From the human T2T-CHM13v2.0 reference genome, Homo sapiens, in NCBI RefSeq assembly GCF_009914755.1, contig NC_060931.1: a stretch of DNA of 64,000 nucleotides, one strand, 5' to 3'. A model generated the notes under the pieces. The model did no database searches and was not told where the DNA came from. It saw only the letters and a list, made by a program, of their open reading frames with translations. Positions 27,070 through 40,138 of the stretch are shown here, in pieces. Position numbers and translations under genes: made by a program. Positions within the stretch are counted from its first letter, which is position 1; the number at the start of each line of letters is the position of its first letter.

Positions 27070-27660
27070 GCGTTTCAATATACTAATAACTAATTAGAAA
27101 GCACGATGAAAATAAATTATAATCTTCACTAGCAATGAAAATGTATATTTTCTCAAAATGAACCAGAAAATTATAATACTTTTCTAAGTCATCCAATAAT
27201 ATTTGTATAAATGGAAAGATATACCATGCTGATGTATAAAGACTTGCAAATTGTTGGATTTTAATTATCCCTAAAGTGATTTACAGTTGCCATCTTGAAT
27301 TTTATTCTAAATTGACTTCCAATATTTATTAAAGTTCCAAAGCAATTTTTAACCTAACAAAAACTGTTAAATGTTACTTGGAGGAAAAATTGAGAAATGG
27401 TAAATAATAAAATATATAAAAACAAAAACAATGAGAAAGTACCTGTAGTATTGGATATTCAACTAAAATATTTTTTCAAAAATTAAGATAAGGATGGTAT
27501 CAGATAAGGAATATCAATTGATCAAATTGAATATAAAGTTCCAAAACTGACATGAGAATAAAGAACTTTTATATGTTATTAAGATATAATTTCATAGCAA
27601 TAGTGAGAAAAAGAGAGTCAATGAATGGTACTAGAAAATTTGGAGGACTAAAGTAAATTT
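27070..27660 (+). mobile_element. Highly decayed L1 ORF2 fragment (L1ME-type)
   Basis: AAATGGAAAGATATACCATG; GGTATCAGATAAGGAATATCAATTGATCA. Confidence 0.55.
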
Positions 27661-27711
27661 AGATTATTATTTTGTAATGTATAAATAAAGCCTAGATGGA
27701 ATTCTGAATAA

Positions 27712-27806
27712 GGGAAGAAAGTAAAGAGGGGAGGGAGCAAGGAAGAGACGAAGGAAGGAAGGAATGGAGGAAGGAAGGGAGAGAGAAAGGGAGGGAGGGA
27801 GGAAGA
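27712..27806. repeat. GA-rich low-complexity tract, (GGAA)n-like
   Basis: Purine-dominated run seen directly. Confidence 0.85.
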
Positions 27807-28009
27807 CAAAATATAAAAGTGTAGAGAAGGTAAAATCTTTAATGAGTGAGGAGAAAGTGAATTTATACATCTCTGCACAGTGAAGCTACTAAGATATTTA
27901 GCTCTTATTATGTAATTTCTGGAAGTTTATTCTTCTACAATTTTAATCAACACTATGCCTTGTTTTTTTCTTTCAACAAACATACAAGTTGCTTACTTAG
28001 CCCAAAGAG

Positions 28010-29100
28010 GTCAGTAAGCTTCTAGATTCGGAGCTAAAAATATGAGATGAGCCTGAAATATCTTACCATATATGCAAAAAGAAATAGAGATCTCATAGAC
28101 TATCATTATCAAGGATTATGTTAAACGAACACACAAGCCAACGTGAAGTGGCTCCTGATGGGCAAAGGTAGAGATGAGGTGAGCGTAAGCATCCATAAGA
28201 ATGATGATGATAATGAATTGCAATATATTATGCATATTTCAATCCATGACATCATTATATTTTTAAAGAAAATAATGTGTTTTGGTGGTTACATGTAGAG
28301 AATGCTACAGAAGCAACTCATTATTTTGAAAATGGGTACATACAATAAAAATGTATTCTACCTTTTCTATACAAATTCTACCTCGAAGTAACCAAATAGC
28401 TGTTCAGGAGAAGTTTCTCTGTAGAAGTATTCCAACATATAAGAAGTGATTGAATTAGAATATTAGCGTTTTCTGATGCATAATGAATTAATGAATACTA
28501 GCAACCACACTAATGGCTGCTGACATTCCAGAAAGGATGTATCTTCTAATGCAAATATACAATACCAGCTATAAAGTGTTCCTCCCCAATACTCTTGAAA
28601 GTATTTATTTCGGAAGAACAGAGAAACAGTAGTATGGGGATGCAGTGAGCAAAATCCCGATTATGGGAAACTATAGAACAAATACGCTGCTTTCCTTAAA
28701 AAATAAATTCTAAGGAAAAAATAAAGATAGAGATAGAACTTATAAATGAAGAGAGTTCTAAGAGATTAACTGAAATCATGTTTATTTGGATCCTGAAATG
28801 AATAAATAATACTAAACTTATGAGACAATCAGGGAGATTTGAACACTTACTGAATATCTGATAAAATGACAATTCATTAGTTTATAAGTATGATAATATT
28901 TTAGATATCCATGCTAAAATATTTACAGAAGAAGTAATAAAATGTCTGGATTCTGACAAAATAATTGAGGTAGTTTGGGAAATGCATGACAGTATCAATG
29001 AATCAAGTTTGTCTATGTGTTATTAATTCTTAAAGTTGGATAACTGACATATAGGTGTTTGTTATTCTGTTTTCTCTAAGTTTACTAAAATTAAAATAAA
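28010..29100 (+). mobile_element. L1MC4/5-like 3' region
   Basis: GAGATGAGCCTGAAATATCTT; GAGACAATCAGGGAGATTTGAACAC; ATGCTAAAATATTTACAG. Confidence 0.7.
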
Positions 29101-29672
29101 ATGCTATTTTAATAAATATTATTTCGTTCTGTTAAATAAAAGCGAAGATGAAGTAAAAGAAGTTCTATGATTATTCAAACTACATGATAGATGTTTCAGT
29201 CATTCAATCTTTATTTTGAAAAAAATAACAAAGGAATAATTCTCTAGTAGAACTATCATTCAATTAAAAATAGTAACAGTGAATACATAAATAAACACAC
29301 ATTACCGATGATCTGGAAGGCACAAAAAGGAAATATAAAACCAATGAAAATTTTAAAACTTATTTTCAAAATATGAATAAGTAAAGGATCTAAAGAAAAT
29401 GTCTACAAACGGCAATTTCAAAAGGGCCTCTAAGACAGAAGCTGACTAGATCTAAGAAAAAAAGCAATTGCATATTTTACAAGCATCTTCACTACAACCA
29501 GAAAGGTGAAATTGCTTATTGGTACAAAAGTCAGCGCTATATTGTGTGACTATGATTTACTCCATATCTGAAATGGTTGACATGTTAAATCTAATGCTTA
29601 TTTAAGCTATCAAATCATAATTGGTACATTTATGCATAAAATATTAAAATACATTTGTCAGTTACTATAGAT

Positions 29673-29888
29673 CTCTGCTTATCAACCGTAGGGGATTTTC
29701 TGTCCTCTTCTCCCTGGGGATATTTGGCAATGTCTGGAGACATCTTTGGTTCTCATAACTGGGAAAGTGTTATAGACATGTAGTTTGTAGAGGGCAAGGA
29801 TGCTATTTAACATCTTCTAATGTACTTGGAGTCCCACCACAGAATTACCCAATTCTGTCAATGGTGATTTCATTTAGAACTTATGCTG
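29673..29888 (+). mobile_element. MER20 hAT element
   Basis: GGGGATATTTGGCAATGTCTGGAGACATCTTTGGTT...AAGGATGCTATTTAACATC. Confidence 0.85.
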
Positions 29889-31264
29889 TAGATATACCAA
29901 TATTTTTCAAGACTAATTTATGAATTTTTTAAATTACACATTGAAATTTTATTTTTATGCATTCATTTGTTCATTTATTCACACAGGATATCTTGCCATT
30001 ATGAATGCCTCTTTTTCTTAAGGTTATAAAATACAACTTTGTCCAAATTAAATGTGTTTTTAAAATTTATTTTTCATTAGATATAGGTACAATGAACCAC
30101 CATAGATTCAATGTTATAGTTACTATTACATTTGCTCTAACATTTGAAGCAACAAACAAAAATTGTTTGGAGAAGCAACATATGCTGATTGATATGAAAA
30201 ACAGGAAACATTTCTTAATATCATAACTTCAATTCACTGTCAACATCTTTGAAAAATACGGAAATGTCTTTAAATAAATTACAGTGTCATAGGGAACAAG
30301 AAAATTCTTACCCAGAGTATTTTTGTTGTTTTTATGTCAAAAGACTGACATGTTCTTTATTCTTAATAAAGAAATGACCTTTGTTTATGTTTTGTAAACT
30401 TTATGCTATGCATTTTCTTCTGAATCCTAGTACATATCTCATTGCTACAATTTTCTTTATTACAAACTTAAATTTGTATATGTTTGCATGCTGTTAAATA
30501 AAATGTGCCAACTGAAATCTGGAACTAAAATTCTAATGTTTAACTTTTAATCATATTTAGAGCAGATTATTTGAACCGTGACTATTAAAGAAATAATAAT
30601 GGAAAATCCTTGTGTTTTAATGGATGAAAACATTTTGAGAAAACAAATGGTTATGAAATAATATTCTCCAACAAAATGGAGACTAGGAGACATATTTTTA
30701 AACATTTGTGTTTTCTGGAATTCTCAGATTATAGTGGCCCTGACACAAACAAGGATAATATAAAGCAAATCCTATACCTTTAAAACTTAATTTATCCCTG
30801 AAATTAATTTTGAGGTACAGTTGTTAATTTTTAATCACTAACCCATATTACAGTGAATCTTTTACTATGTATATGAGAAAGAAATCTAATAAGATGATGT
30901 AGACTCTATCAATGTATCTAAATAAAAATTCATCTTTATCAAGAAATACATTTGTATAAATGAGAAAATGATGCTAACAGAAATCAAGGCATTTAAAAGG
31001 CATTCTAATTAAATCAGCATGTAGTTACAAATCCCAACTGTAGGTAAGTGACTAATTAGCCAGTTAAGGTTAATAAAAATTTTCTCTTGTGTAAGATTAA
31101 TTATAAAGGATGAGTGGCCACTGAAGAGTCTTTAAGCGATTTCTATTTTTAATATCTCCAAATCTAGTTACAACCAATAAAAATTATTCTAACCACTCAT
31201 AAAATATTCTTCAATTTCTGACTTTTATGTTTCTAAAGGTGTTCCTCAGAGTAAAAATTAATTA

Positions 31265-31409
31265 CAGATGGTCACTGACTTATGATGCTTCCATTTATGA
31301 TTTTTCAAGTTTACAGTGGTACAAAGTGATGCATATTTAGTAGAACATCAGTAAGTTACCTGAGACATTTAATAATTTATTAACCTCATCATAAGTCAAG
31401 AAGCATCTG
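31265..31409. mobile_element. MER47/Tigger5-type MITE, internally deleted
   Basis: TIRs CAGATGGTCACTGACTTATGATG / CATCATAAGTCAAGAAGCATCTG with TA on both sides. Confidence 0.85.
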
Positions 31410-31669
31410 TATTGTACTCATGACACTATTTCTTATAGAACTGAAAACTAAGACATGAATTAAACAAACACAAATGTTGTATCTGAAATGGTGGCTTACT
31501 TTTCCTCGGGTTATGTATTTATAATACCTGCTAAGCAAAGTAGAGTCTTAATTACTTTTGTCTCAGCTAGCTATTATTTCCTCCTTAAGGGATAAATGTG
31601 GTATTATTAGGAATCAATTATCAATTATTTCCTTTTATAAAATTTGGATGACTAGCACAAGGAGAATGT

Positions 31670-32069
31670 TACAAGCTATCTTCTCCTGAAGAAAATGCGG
31701 AGATGGAGATTGGGGTAAAAGATGTTTATCTGATATCAATGCCTGGGAAGACAAAGCCCTGGAATTGAGAAGAGGAAGAAATGAGTGAAGGAGATGCAAC
31801 ATATCTTTGGCTGTCTAGTGGGGAGCTCTGAAGCTAGAGCTCTCCATCAAGCCAAATGGCTGTAGCTTTGTATCTCTGCTTTACTGTGTCACTGGATCCA
31901 GGATCCACAGGAAAGGGCCGACTTTGGGAAAACAGCTCCCTGAAGCTAAGGCAGACTCCAACCAACAGCTGAGAGTGGAAGCTGCCTTCTGCTTACCCTC
32001 CCCATAGTTTGGCAGCAAGTCCTTTTTAAGGGGAGGGAGCCAGGACAACACATCTGCATGTCTACCACA
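31670..32069 (-). mobile_element. LTR16-type (ERV-L) 3' LTR
   Basis: GAGATGGAGATTGGGGTAAAAGATGTTTAT; starts TGTGGTAG on the minus strand directly after the purine tract AGGGTGGAT. Confidence 0.75.
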
Positions 32070-32980
32070 ATCCACCCTGAACCAGATCACCCAGGATTCT
32101 GGTGAGCTTCTTTTTGTGAGGAGAAACTTAGAAAAGGAAAACTAGTGGAACAAACTCTAGCATTGCTGCTGTGGTTAGTATCAGCTAAAATTGAAAAATC
32201 ACCATCTCTCTCTTCAACAATTCATTCCATAGTTCCCTCACTCTTAGCTATCATCTCTTCTGGGCTCAGTAGTTTACCCTAGTGATGTGAGAGATCCACA
32301 TCCATGAGAAGACTAAACCCCTGGTTACCATGCCCTCATCAGGCAAGTTTACTTTACCTGAACATTTAATTCACTATAGGACAAGAGTACAAAGAGGTAC
32401 CCAAGTAATTCACTTGGGTTCCACACATATTCTTCTCTTTCCTCGTTGTATGACATCTCTACCTCTTCCTAATGGCCAGAGTCAATTCTTCCTGCAAAGA
32501 CATTGATTCCTTCTTTTGCCTACTGGTCCCTGGACATAAGAAGATCCACTTGTCCAGGTGGCAGCCATAGTTTATAATTCAATGGGGCTTTTGCTGTGTT
32601 CTCTGGTGAGAGTGTGTCTCCTTTGGAGACTAATACAAATCCCCACAATGGATCACTGGAAGTAATAGTAAGTAGGGCCACTCCTGCTTCAAGCTTTTTG
32701 TTCTGCACCTATATATTCTCCCTATTAAGACACAATTCCATATAAAAATCTTTTGAGTCAGTGCATATGGTACATCCTAAAGGATGGTAGTCCATCTCCA
32801 TATGCATTGCCTCAAAAGTGGCACTCTAGTTATGCCATCAGCAAGCATACCAATACACTATCAAGCCTAGAGCTTACAGGTGGAGCAGAATCTGATACAA
32901 TCAGTGGGTTCTCTTGTCATGGAATCACTTGTACTCTTCCTTCTCTGTATGATAGGTCCTCTCATACCTAAGAACCTAAA
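32070..32980 (-). mobile_element. ERV-L internal region (ERV3-16A3-like), integrase tail/dUTPase remnant
   Basis: ORF 32520-32708 GVALLTITSSDPL...PLNYKLWLPPG resembles the ERV-L pol/dUTPase region. Confidence 0.75.
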
Positions 32981-33069
32981 TCTGCAATTTGATAACTGTG
33001 TTCACTGTGATTTTGCTTCTCACCAAAAGAACTTTACCATGAAATTAGATATGTTTATTGTTACTGATC

Positions 33070-33730
33070 AAAATCTTAAATATGAAGAAATTGCAAAACT
33101 AAGGAAAGGGTATTCTGGAAACAAATGCAGTCAAAGTTTAAAGACGGAGATAAATTAATATTTTTCATAGAGATAAATAAATCTGTATACATTGCCACAT
33201 TTCAAAATCTGTGAAGTGTTAAGAAGGTAAAACATTTTAAGTCCATTTTATTGGCTCTATTTTAATGAATTCAACCCTATGATTCTTGATCATTGGCAGC
33301 TACATTTAGGGCTTAGCGACTTAAAAAATAAAAATATGGCCAATGTACCATTTGGAAATTGGACTGATTTTATTCATCTGCAGTGAGAAATCACCATACT
33401 TTGGCCTTTCTAACTGGAAGAAGTTATGATCATCCTGGCCCAGATCCATTTAGGAAGGAATATTCCATGGCCCTTAAGAGCAGAATTTGAGTTAAAGGGA
33501 GAGCAAAAATAGTGAGTGAGTGAGGGAGAAAGGAACAGATGAAGATACACAATTTTATAGAGTCAAATGTCACCCACAGTAGGAAATACAAGATGAAATA
33601 ACATTTAGGAATAGGACAGATCTGACTATTTAGGATGTTTAATGGTTGTATTTCAGAGATGATACAGACATGCCAATAAAAAATAGGAAGTTGGGGCTAA
33701 AAAGAAAAATGCCATTAGGTTGAGAAGAAT
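33070..33730 (-). mobile_element. Decayed L2 fragments
   Basis: AGGAAAGGGTATTCTGG..., GAAGTTGGGGCTAAAAAG...GGTTGAGA purine-rich L2-antisense motifs. Confidence 0.45.
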
Positions 33731-34129
33731 TGTATTAAGGTCCACTCATCTTGAATGTTATATAAAAATTCATGTGCAGGTCACATTTTTTTTTTCAAAT
33801 GATGGCTTACACCTGTCTTAACTTCACCTCCAGGCTGTAGTCCTCACGGCCCCTGGCCTGGCAGTGTTGCTTCTCAATATCTGTTTGTTGGATTAAATCA
33901 GAATGAACAGGAGGCATTCATGAGTAAGTTCCCTCACTCAAATTTTATCTTAGAACTGTTAAGCAGTGAAAATAACATATTTCCTCCTTCAGATGTCAGC
34001 AAATCGATATTCCTCAGCAGAGATTATTAGAGTAAACTAAATGAGACCTCTAGAATGGCAGCCCTCAATCTTCGAGAACCCTACTTCTTTTCTGATCAGA
34101 CTGGCTTAAGACTCATATTATGAGAAACA

Positions 34130-34720
34130 TATTTCAGTAGGGGTAATCAAGCAAATTCCAGATGGGTGAAAATCTCTACTTTTAGAAACGCTGGCAATAG
34201 TCTGTATTTCCTAAATGTTACTTAGGCTCATTCTTTCCCATATGCACAATCTGAAAAATGATTCATCTTGCCCTGAACTGCTGCCTATACACCTGAGCGG
34301 AATCCACTTCTGCTCCTTCCTCCTAAACACTTCTCCCCAGGCTTATCTTTGGCTGCAATCCTCTGAATCTCAGCCTTGACCAGGGCAGTCAGCCTAATCA
34401 TTTCTCCTTGGATTAGGCACTAGTGAGCCATGTCCACTCAAGAGACTGCTGGTAATTCTCAGCTTGCTTCTCTCGGCATCACTGAGCAAAGCTGTTCTTA
34501 CAGGTTGGACAAACTTATCCACCTCAAAGCAGGAGGCTTTGGTTGGTAGGATAATCACATTTCTTCCTCTGTTGAGCTTATCAACGGATCTTTGGCAGCC
34601 TCGCTTTCATTCAATTTCAGATTTAAACCCTTAAATGTTACTGTGTTATCAACTGCTGTGTATTTCCTACCATAGTAACTGTATCCGCATTCTGCAACAT
34701 CAAATTAGATGTTAAATTGT
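34130..34720 (-). mobile_element. Very old CR1/L3-clade LINE, RT C-terminal fossil
   Basis: Collinear minus-strand peptides FDVAEC...GRK...ESEAAKD / VDKLN / EIQRIAAK / WNLL follow the CR1 ORF2 motif order. Confidence 0.55.
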
Positions 34721-35029
34721 ATTCAAGGAAACTTCATGTAAGACAAAAATTTACCAAGCCCAAGAGCATGTTACACAATGATAAAGGCTGAGAGGCTAAT
34801 CTGATGACTTTTAATTTATAATTTCAATCTCTAAGTTTCAGGCTTTTATTTTCCTTGTTACAATAGTACTCAAACTATCCTGAGTTGTTTCTGGAAAACT
34901 AATTTAAAAGGCCAATTCATGTTATAAAACCATGCTGAGTTTTTCCACATCAATCTTGACACAAAGTCAGGGGTTTCCGAGAGAAAAAGTAAATAACGAA
35001 TATAATTTGTCCAGTGAAGATTTGTATGT

Positions 35030-35205
35030 TAATGAAAAAGGTATTGACCTCTAAATTAGGAGACCTGAGTTCTAAACCTCGGCTGACTCTAATTAGTTGT
35101 GGTATATTATTTAATATTTCTGGACTCTACATTTTCTGTTTGTTAGATAAAGAGATTTAACTAAATTATTTCAGAAGTTTTTTCTGGTTCTAAAATTATA
35201 GGTCT
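35030..35205 (+). mobile_element. MIR3/MIRc-like SINE
   Basis: AGGAGACCTGAGTTCTAAACCTCGGCT...TTCTGGTTCTAAAATTATAG. Confidence 0.7.
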
Positions 35206-38200
35206 ATTCTATGGAACATTTTTGTATCAGACCATTAATGCTTTATGATAATATTCACTGGGCAATGACTCCCGCTAAGGAACTATTTGCATAACAGCAG
35301 GAGGGGAAGGATTCTGAGAAATCAGAACTAATTTTTTCCCAAAATGCAAAGGCAATTGCCTTTATAATTAGATGGTTTTTATGTTGTTACAAAAAAAATT
35401 AAAAATTATAATTTTGAACTGTAGTACATGTTTGTTATATGTTAAATAAATTAAAGTTTTTAAAAGTTTATTTTCAGATTTCTTCCTAACTTTCTCAAAT
35501 CTTCTCTATGCTTGATAAGCGTGATAAATATATCTGGCTGGGGAAACAATATACACAGAATATTTGCATATGATTATAACTCTTCAGGCAAATCTAAAAT
35601 GATAAGAAAGATTTATAAAACATATCACTACAAATCAAAAAGTGTAAAAAGTCTGTGTACCTCTCTCTTCTGTACAGATCTGATAAAAAGTCTCAACCTC
35701 AAAAATGTTCATGGGTATCTGTGGTCTTGATGATAACACAAACTGATTAAGTACTGAATGAAGAAAATACAAGGTCATTTAATCTGATTGGGACACTTCT
35801 AAAATGATCAAACAAAACTACCACCTTAGGATGTTGAGTTTTTCAAGGAAGCACTAATAGTTCAGGTACAAATCTGAAAATTATCATCTTATTATAACTT
35901 CACAGTAACTTTGCCAGATATGTGACATACTATATAGCTATCACTGGTCTAGTTGTCATTGTATTAGAAATTATACTTTGGTGACTCTTTTTACAGTTTA
36001 AAAGAAGATCATAAAATATTTATACTATACATTTTAATATCGTGTTCTGATATACTATATTGTTCAGACTCTGTTTATATTTAACATTATATTTTGTATT
36101 TGTCAGATAATATCAACAAGGCAAAAGAACATGTCCTAATGCTTTCACAGGTTTCCTGAGTATTGACTGTGCAATAATGCAAATTAAAAATTAAAGATCT
36201 AGTAGCTTTTTTTTCCTTTTTAATGTATTTTTAACCTATTAAATAGGATGTTTTACTTAAAGCTATAGTTAAGGTTTTAGTGAACTGCATGCATTTTAAC
36301 TTGCTGAGTTTATCACATCCTGAAAGATGACATTTTATAATTGCTGATGAAAACAGGGATTATATGTTATATGGATAGTGCATAAAGTTTATGATCACTA
36401 TGAAGAAATGGTTTACTGCAAATGCAAGTTAGAAAACTCTTCTTAAAATTAATATTGCCTTTCTCCAATTTTAACCAACCATCCATGTTTATAACTATGT
36501 TACCAAGGAAAACCCAAGGACCAATAAGCTATAAGGTATTTTTTAACCTTAGCCCTACACATTCAACACAGATAAATGGCTTTATTAAAACACACACTTT
36601 GTATTTTTTAATGCCTTTACACTTTGATGCTCTTATTTATACTCTTGATTAAATTAAAATACAGTTCTCTCAAATATACTCTAATATAAAGAATGTATTT
36701 CAAATCCCCTTAACAAAAATTGTTTGGAAAGACATCAACATTATACAATAAATATGAATGTAAAACTTCAGCTTAAATTGATAATTAATATTATTTCATA
36801 GGTTAAAAATTGATAAATAATTTTAGCTGTTATTTCACAGAACACTTATATAAAACAAATCAGTATTATATTTTGCTAAAATAAAAACAAGACAAACAAT
36901 ACTATTAGGCTTGGTTCATGAATGTACTAAAAGTTTAATGTGGTATAAAACTCACTTTGTATGCAGAAATTGATCTTTTTGAAAATAAAAATATTGCCAT
37001 GAACTATATATGTAGATTCACTTTTGATTCTTTTTGGAAATCTTGTAATGCAATAGTTTAAGATTATCAGTACAGAATGCTTAACTTTGCTCTACCAAGT
37101 ATATAGGAAATGATATCTTAGAAAAAAGCTATTAAAAGCTGTCAATGACATTCACACTTGTTGCCAAGTTCCAAAAACTACAATTTGACTTCAAGGGTGT
37201 AGCTTGAAATAGTAGGAGATGAAATTTGTGTGCTTAACAAATTTTAAAATTTCAAAATGTATTAATTTTTATTTATTTATATTTAAAACTTTTAAAGCAA
37301 TAGTCTGGTTAAATAAACAACTTGCATGGAGCTACATTTTGCTATATGTTTATGAGTTTAAAAAACATGCAACTGGCAAATTTAAATTTTCCAATTTCAA
37401 CATGTACAAAGCACTGTGCCAGGTAGTGTGGTAAGGAGAGAAGAAAAGATTTAAAAATCTTTAGAAAATAATTTAAAAACTATATTTCCTTACCACAGCA
37501 TTTAAACACATATTTATCTGAGGAAATGTTTGAGTATTTGAGTATTAAATGAGAAATATATGTAAAAAAAATTAAAAAGAACATATCAGAGTAATACTCC
37601 AACAAATGGAATTTAATGTTACTTAAACACAAGTTCTATGTTGTGAAAAGATATAACCAATAGAGAAATAAACTTAATAAGACTGCTGGATAATAAAGTG
37701 CTTCTCATCAAAAGGTAGGCCGAGAAAGATGGCAGAATAGAAGGCTCCACTGATCATCTGCTCCGACAAGGACATGAACTTAACAACTACAAAAAAAGCA
37801 GCTTCATAAGAACCAAAAATCAGATAAGCACTTACAAAATACCTGGTTTTAACTTTATATCACTAAAAGAGGCACTGAGAGGCAGGTAAAACAGTCTTAG
37901 AATTACTAATGCCACCCCTCCCCCAACTCCCAGCAGTGGCAGTGTGGTATGGAGAGCACTTCTGTGCCATAGGGAGAGGGAGAGTGCAGAAATTGTGAGG
38001 CATTAAACAGAGTGCTACCCTGTTACAGCAGAAAGAAAAACTGGACCAAACTCAGCTGACACCTGCCCACAAAAGGAGCATTTAAACCAGCCCTAGCCAG
38101 AGTGGAATCACCCATCCCAGAGGTCGGAACTTCAGTTCCTGCAAGCCTTGCCACTGTGGGCAAAAGTGCTCCAGGATTATAAATAAACTTGAAAGGCAGT

Positions 38201-40052
38201 CTAGGCCACAAGTACTGCAACTTCTAGGCAAGTCCTAATGCTGAACTGCGCCCAGAGCCAGAGGACTGGGAGGGCACATGACCTACTGAGACACCAGCCA
38301 GGTCAGCTAAAAAAGTGCTGACATTACCACTCCCATAAATTCAGGCTGCACTGCTCACAGCTCCAGAAGAGATCCCTTTGTTCCTCTTGAGAAGAGGAGA
38401 AGGAAGAAGGGGGAGGACTGTATCTTGCATCTTGAAAACCAGCTCAGTCACAGAAGGATAGGGCAATGGTGAGAGTCATGAGGCTTTCTTTCCAGGCCCT
38501 ACGTCACAGACAACATTTCTAGACACACTCTAGAACTGAAGAGAACCTGCTGCCTTGAAGGGAAAGACCCAGTCGTGGTAGAATTCATTACCTGCTAACT
38601 GAAGAGCCCATGGGCCCTGCCTTACCAGTGGCAACACCCTGGTACTATGTTGAGGGCCTTGAGTGGGACTGAGACTTGTTGGCTTGAACGTAGACTCAGC
38701 ACATTCGCAGCTGTGTTGGCTATGGGATGAGATTTTTTTTCTCCTTGAGGAAAAAAAAAAAAAGAGGGAACAATAAAAGGGATTTTGCCTTGCACCTAAG
38801 GTACCAGCTTGGCCACAAGGGGGCTAGAGTACCAAGTGGGCTCTTGCGGGTCCCCAATATCAGGACTTCATTCCTAGATGGCATTTCTGGACCTGCCCTG
38901 GGGCAGAGAGGAGCCTAATCTCTTGAAGGGTGAGTCCCAAGCCAGGAAGTATTCACCAGAAACTGACTGAAAAGACCTTGGGCCTTAAGGGAACATCATC
39001 ACCTCATCAGTAACCTGGCAGTACTCCCATAAGCTGGTGGTAATGGCCACTGAGTGAAACTCCTCTGCCATTGGAAGGGTAACAGAAGAGTGGGAAGGAT
39101 TGTGTCTTGTGGTTTGAGTGTCAGCTCAGCAAGAGTATAGTATGACACCCAGCAGACTTCTAAGGTTTTTGACTCTAGTCCCTGGCTTCCAGCCAGCACC
39201 TCTGGACCTGCCTGGGGTTGGGGGGATCTTACCGCCCTGCAGGGAAGGAAACAAACCTGGCTGGTTTTGTCTCCTGCTGATTGTAGAGCCCCATGGCTTT
39301 AAGCAAACATAGATCCTAGACAGTGACTGGTTAAAGAAGGCCTTGGGAGAGACCCAGTACTGTGCTGGCATCAGGTCTGACCCAGCACAGTAACAGTGGT
39401 GGTCACAGGGGTGCTTGTGTCACAACTGTGGCCACCCACCTCCAGGTGACCCAGAACAGAGACAGATATTCCATTTGTGTAAGAGAAGAGAACAAGAGTC
39501 TCTGTCTGGTAATCCGTAGAATTGTTCCAGATTTTGTCCAAAAACATCAAGTTGGTATGTCTACAAGTCTGCAAGAATGACATTAATGACATTATTACTG
39601 GGCCTGGAGTGTCCCTAAAGCTTAGATCACAGCTTAGATCACGACACCCAAGTCCCTTCACATATATAAAAACCTTTCCCAAGAAGGACAGGTGCAGATA
39701 AGCCTAGACTGTGTAGACTACGATAGATACCTAAATCTTCAATGGCCAGACACAGATGAACATCTACAAATACCAAGATGATCAGGAAAACATGACGTCA
39801 CCAAATGAACTAAATAAGACACCAGGGACTAATCTTGGAAAAACAGAGACATGTGATCTTTCAAACAGAGAATCCAAAATAGCTGTTTTGAGGAAACTCA
39901 AAGAAATTTAAGAAAACACAGAGAAGGAATTTCAGAATTCTATTAGGTAAATTTAACAAAGAGATTGAAATAATTAAAAATAATCAAGCAGAAATTCTGG
40001 AGCTAAAAAAATGCAATTGCCATACTGAAGAATGCATCAGAGTCTTTTAATA

Positions 40053-40138
40053 TTAAGTTGGTGAAAAAGTAATTGTGATATTTTGCTACTACTTTTAACA
40101 CCTACTTTTGATAACAAAAACACAATTATTTTTGCACC
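40053..40138. mobile_element. MADE1 (Hsmar1 MITE), right TIR truncated
   Basis: TA-TTAAGTTGGTGAAAAAGTAATTG...CAATTATTTTTGCACC palindrome. Confidence 0.85.

Noticed and set aside
27648-27878. Pro/Ser/Phe-rich ORFs
   Set aside because: Translation of the GA-rich simple repeat.
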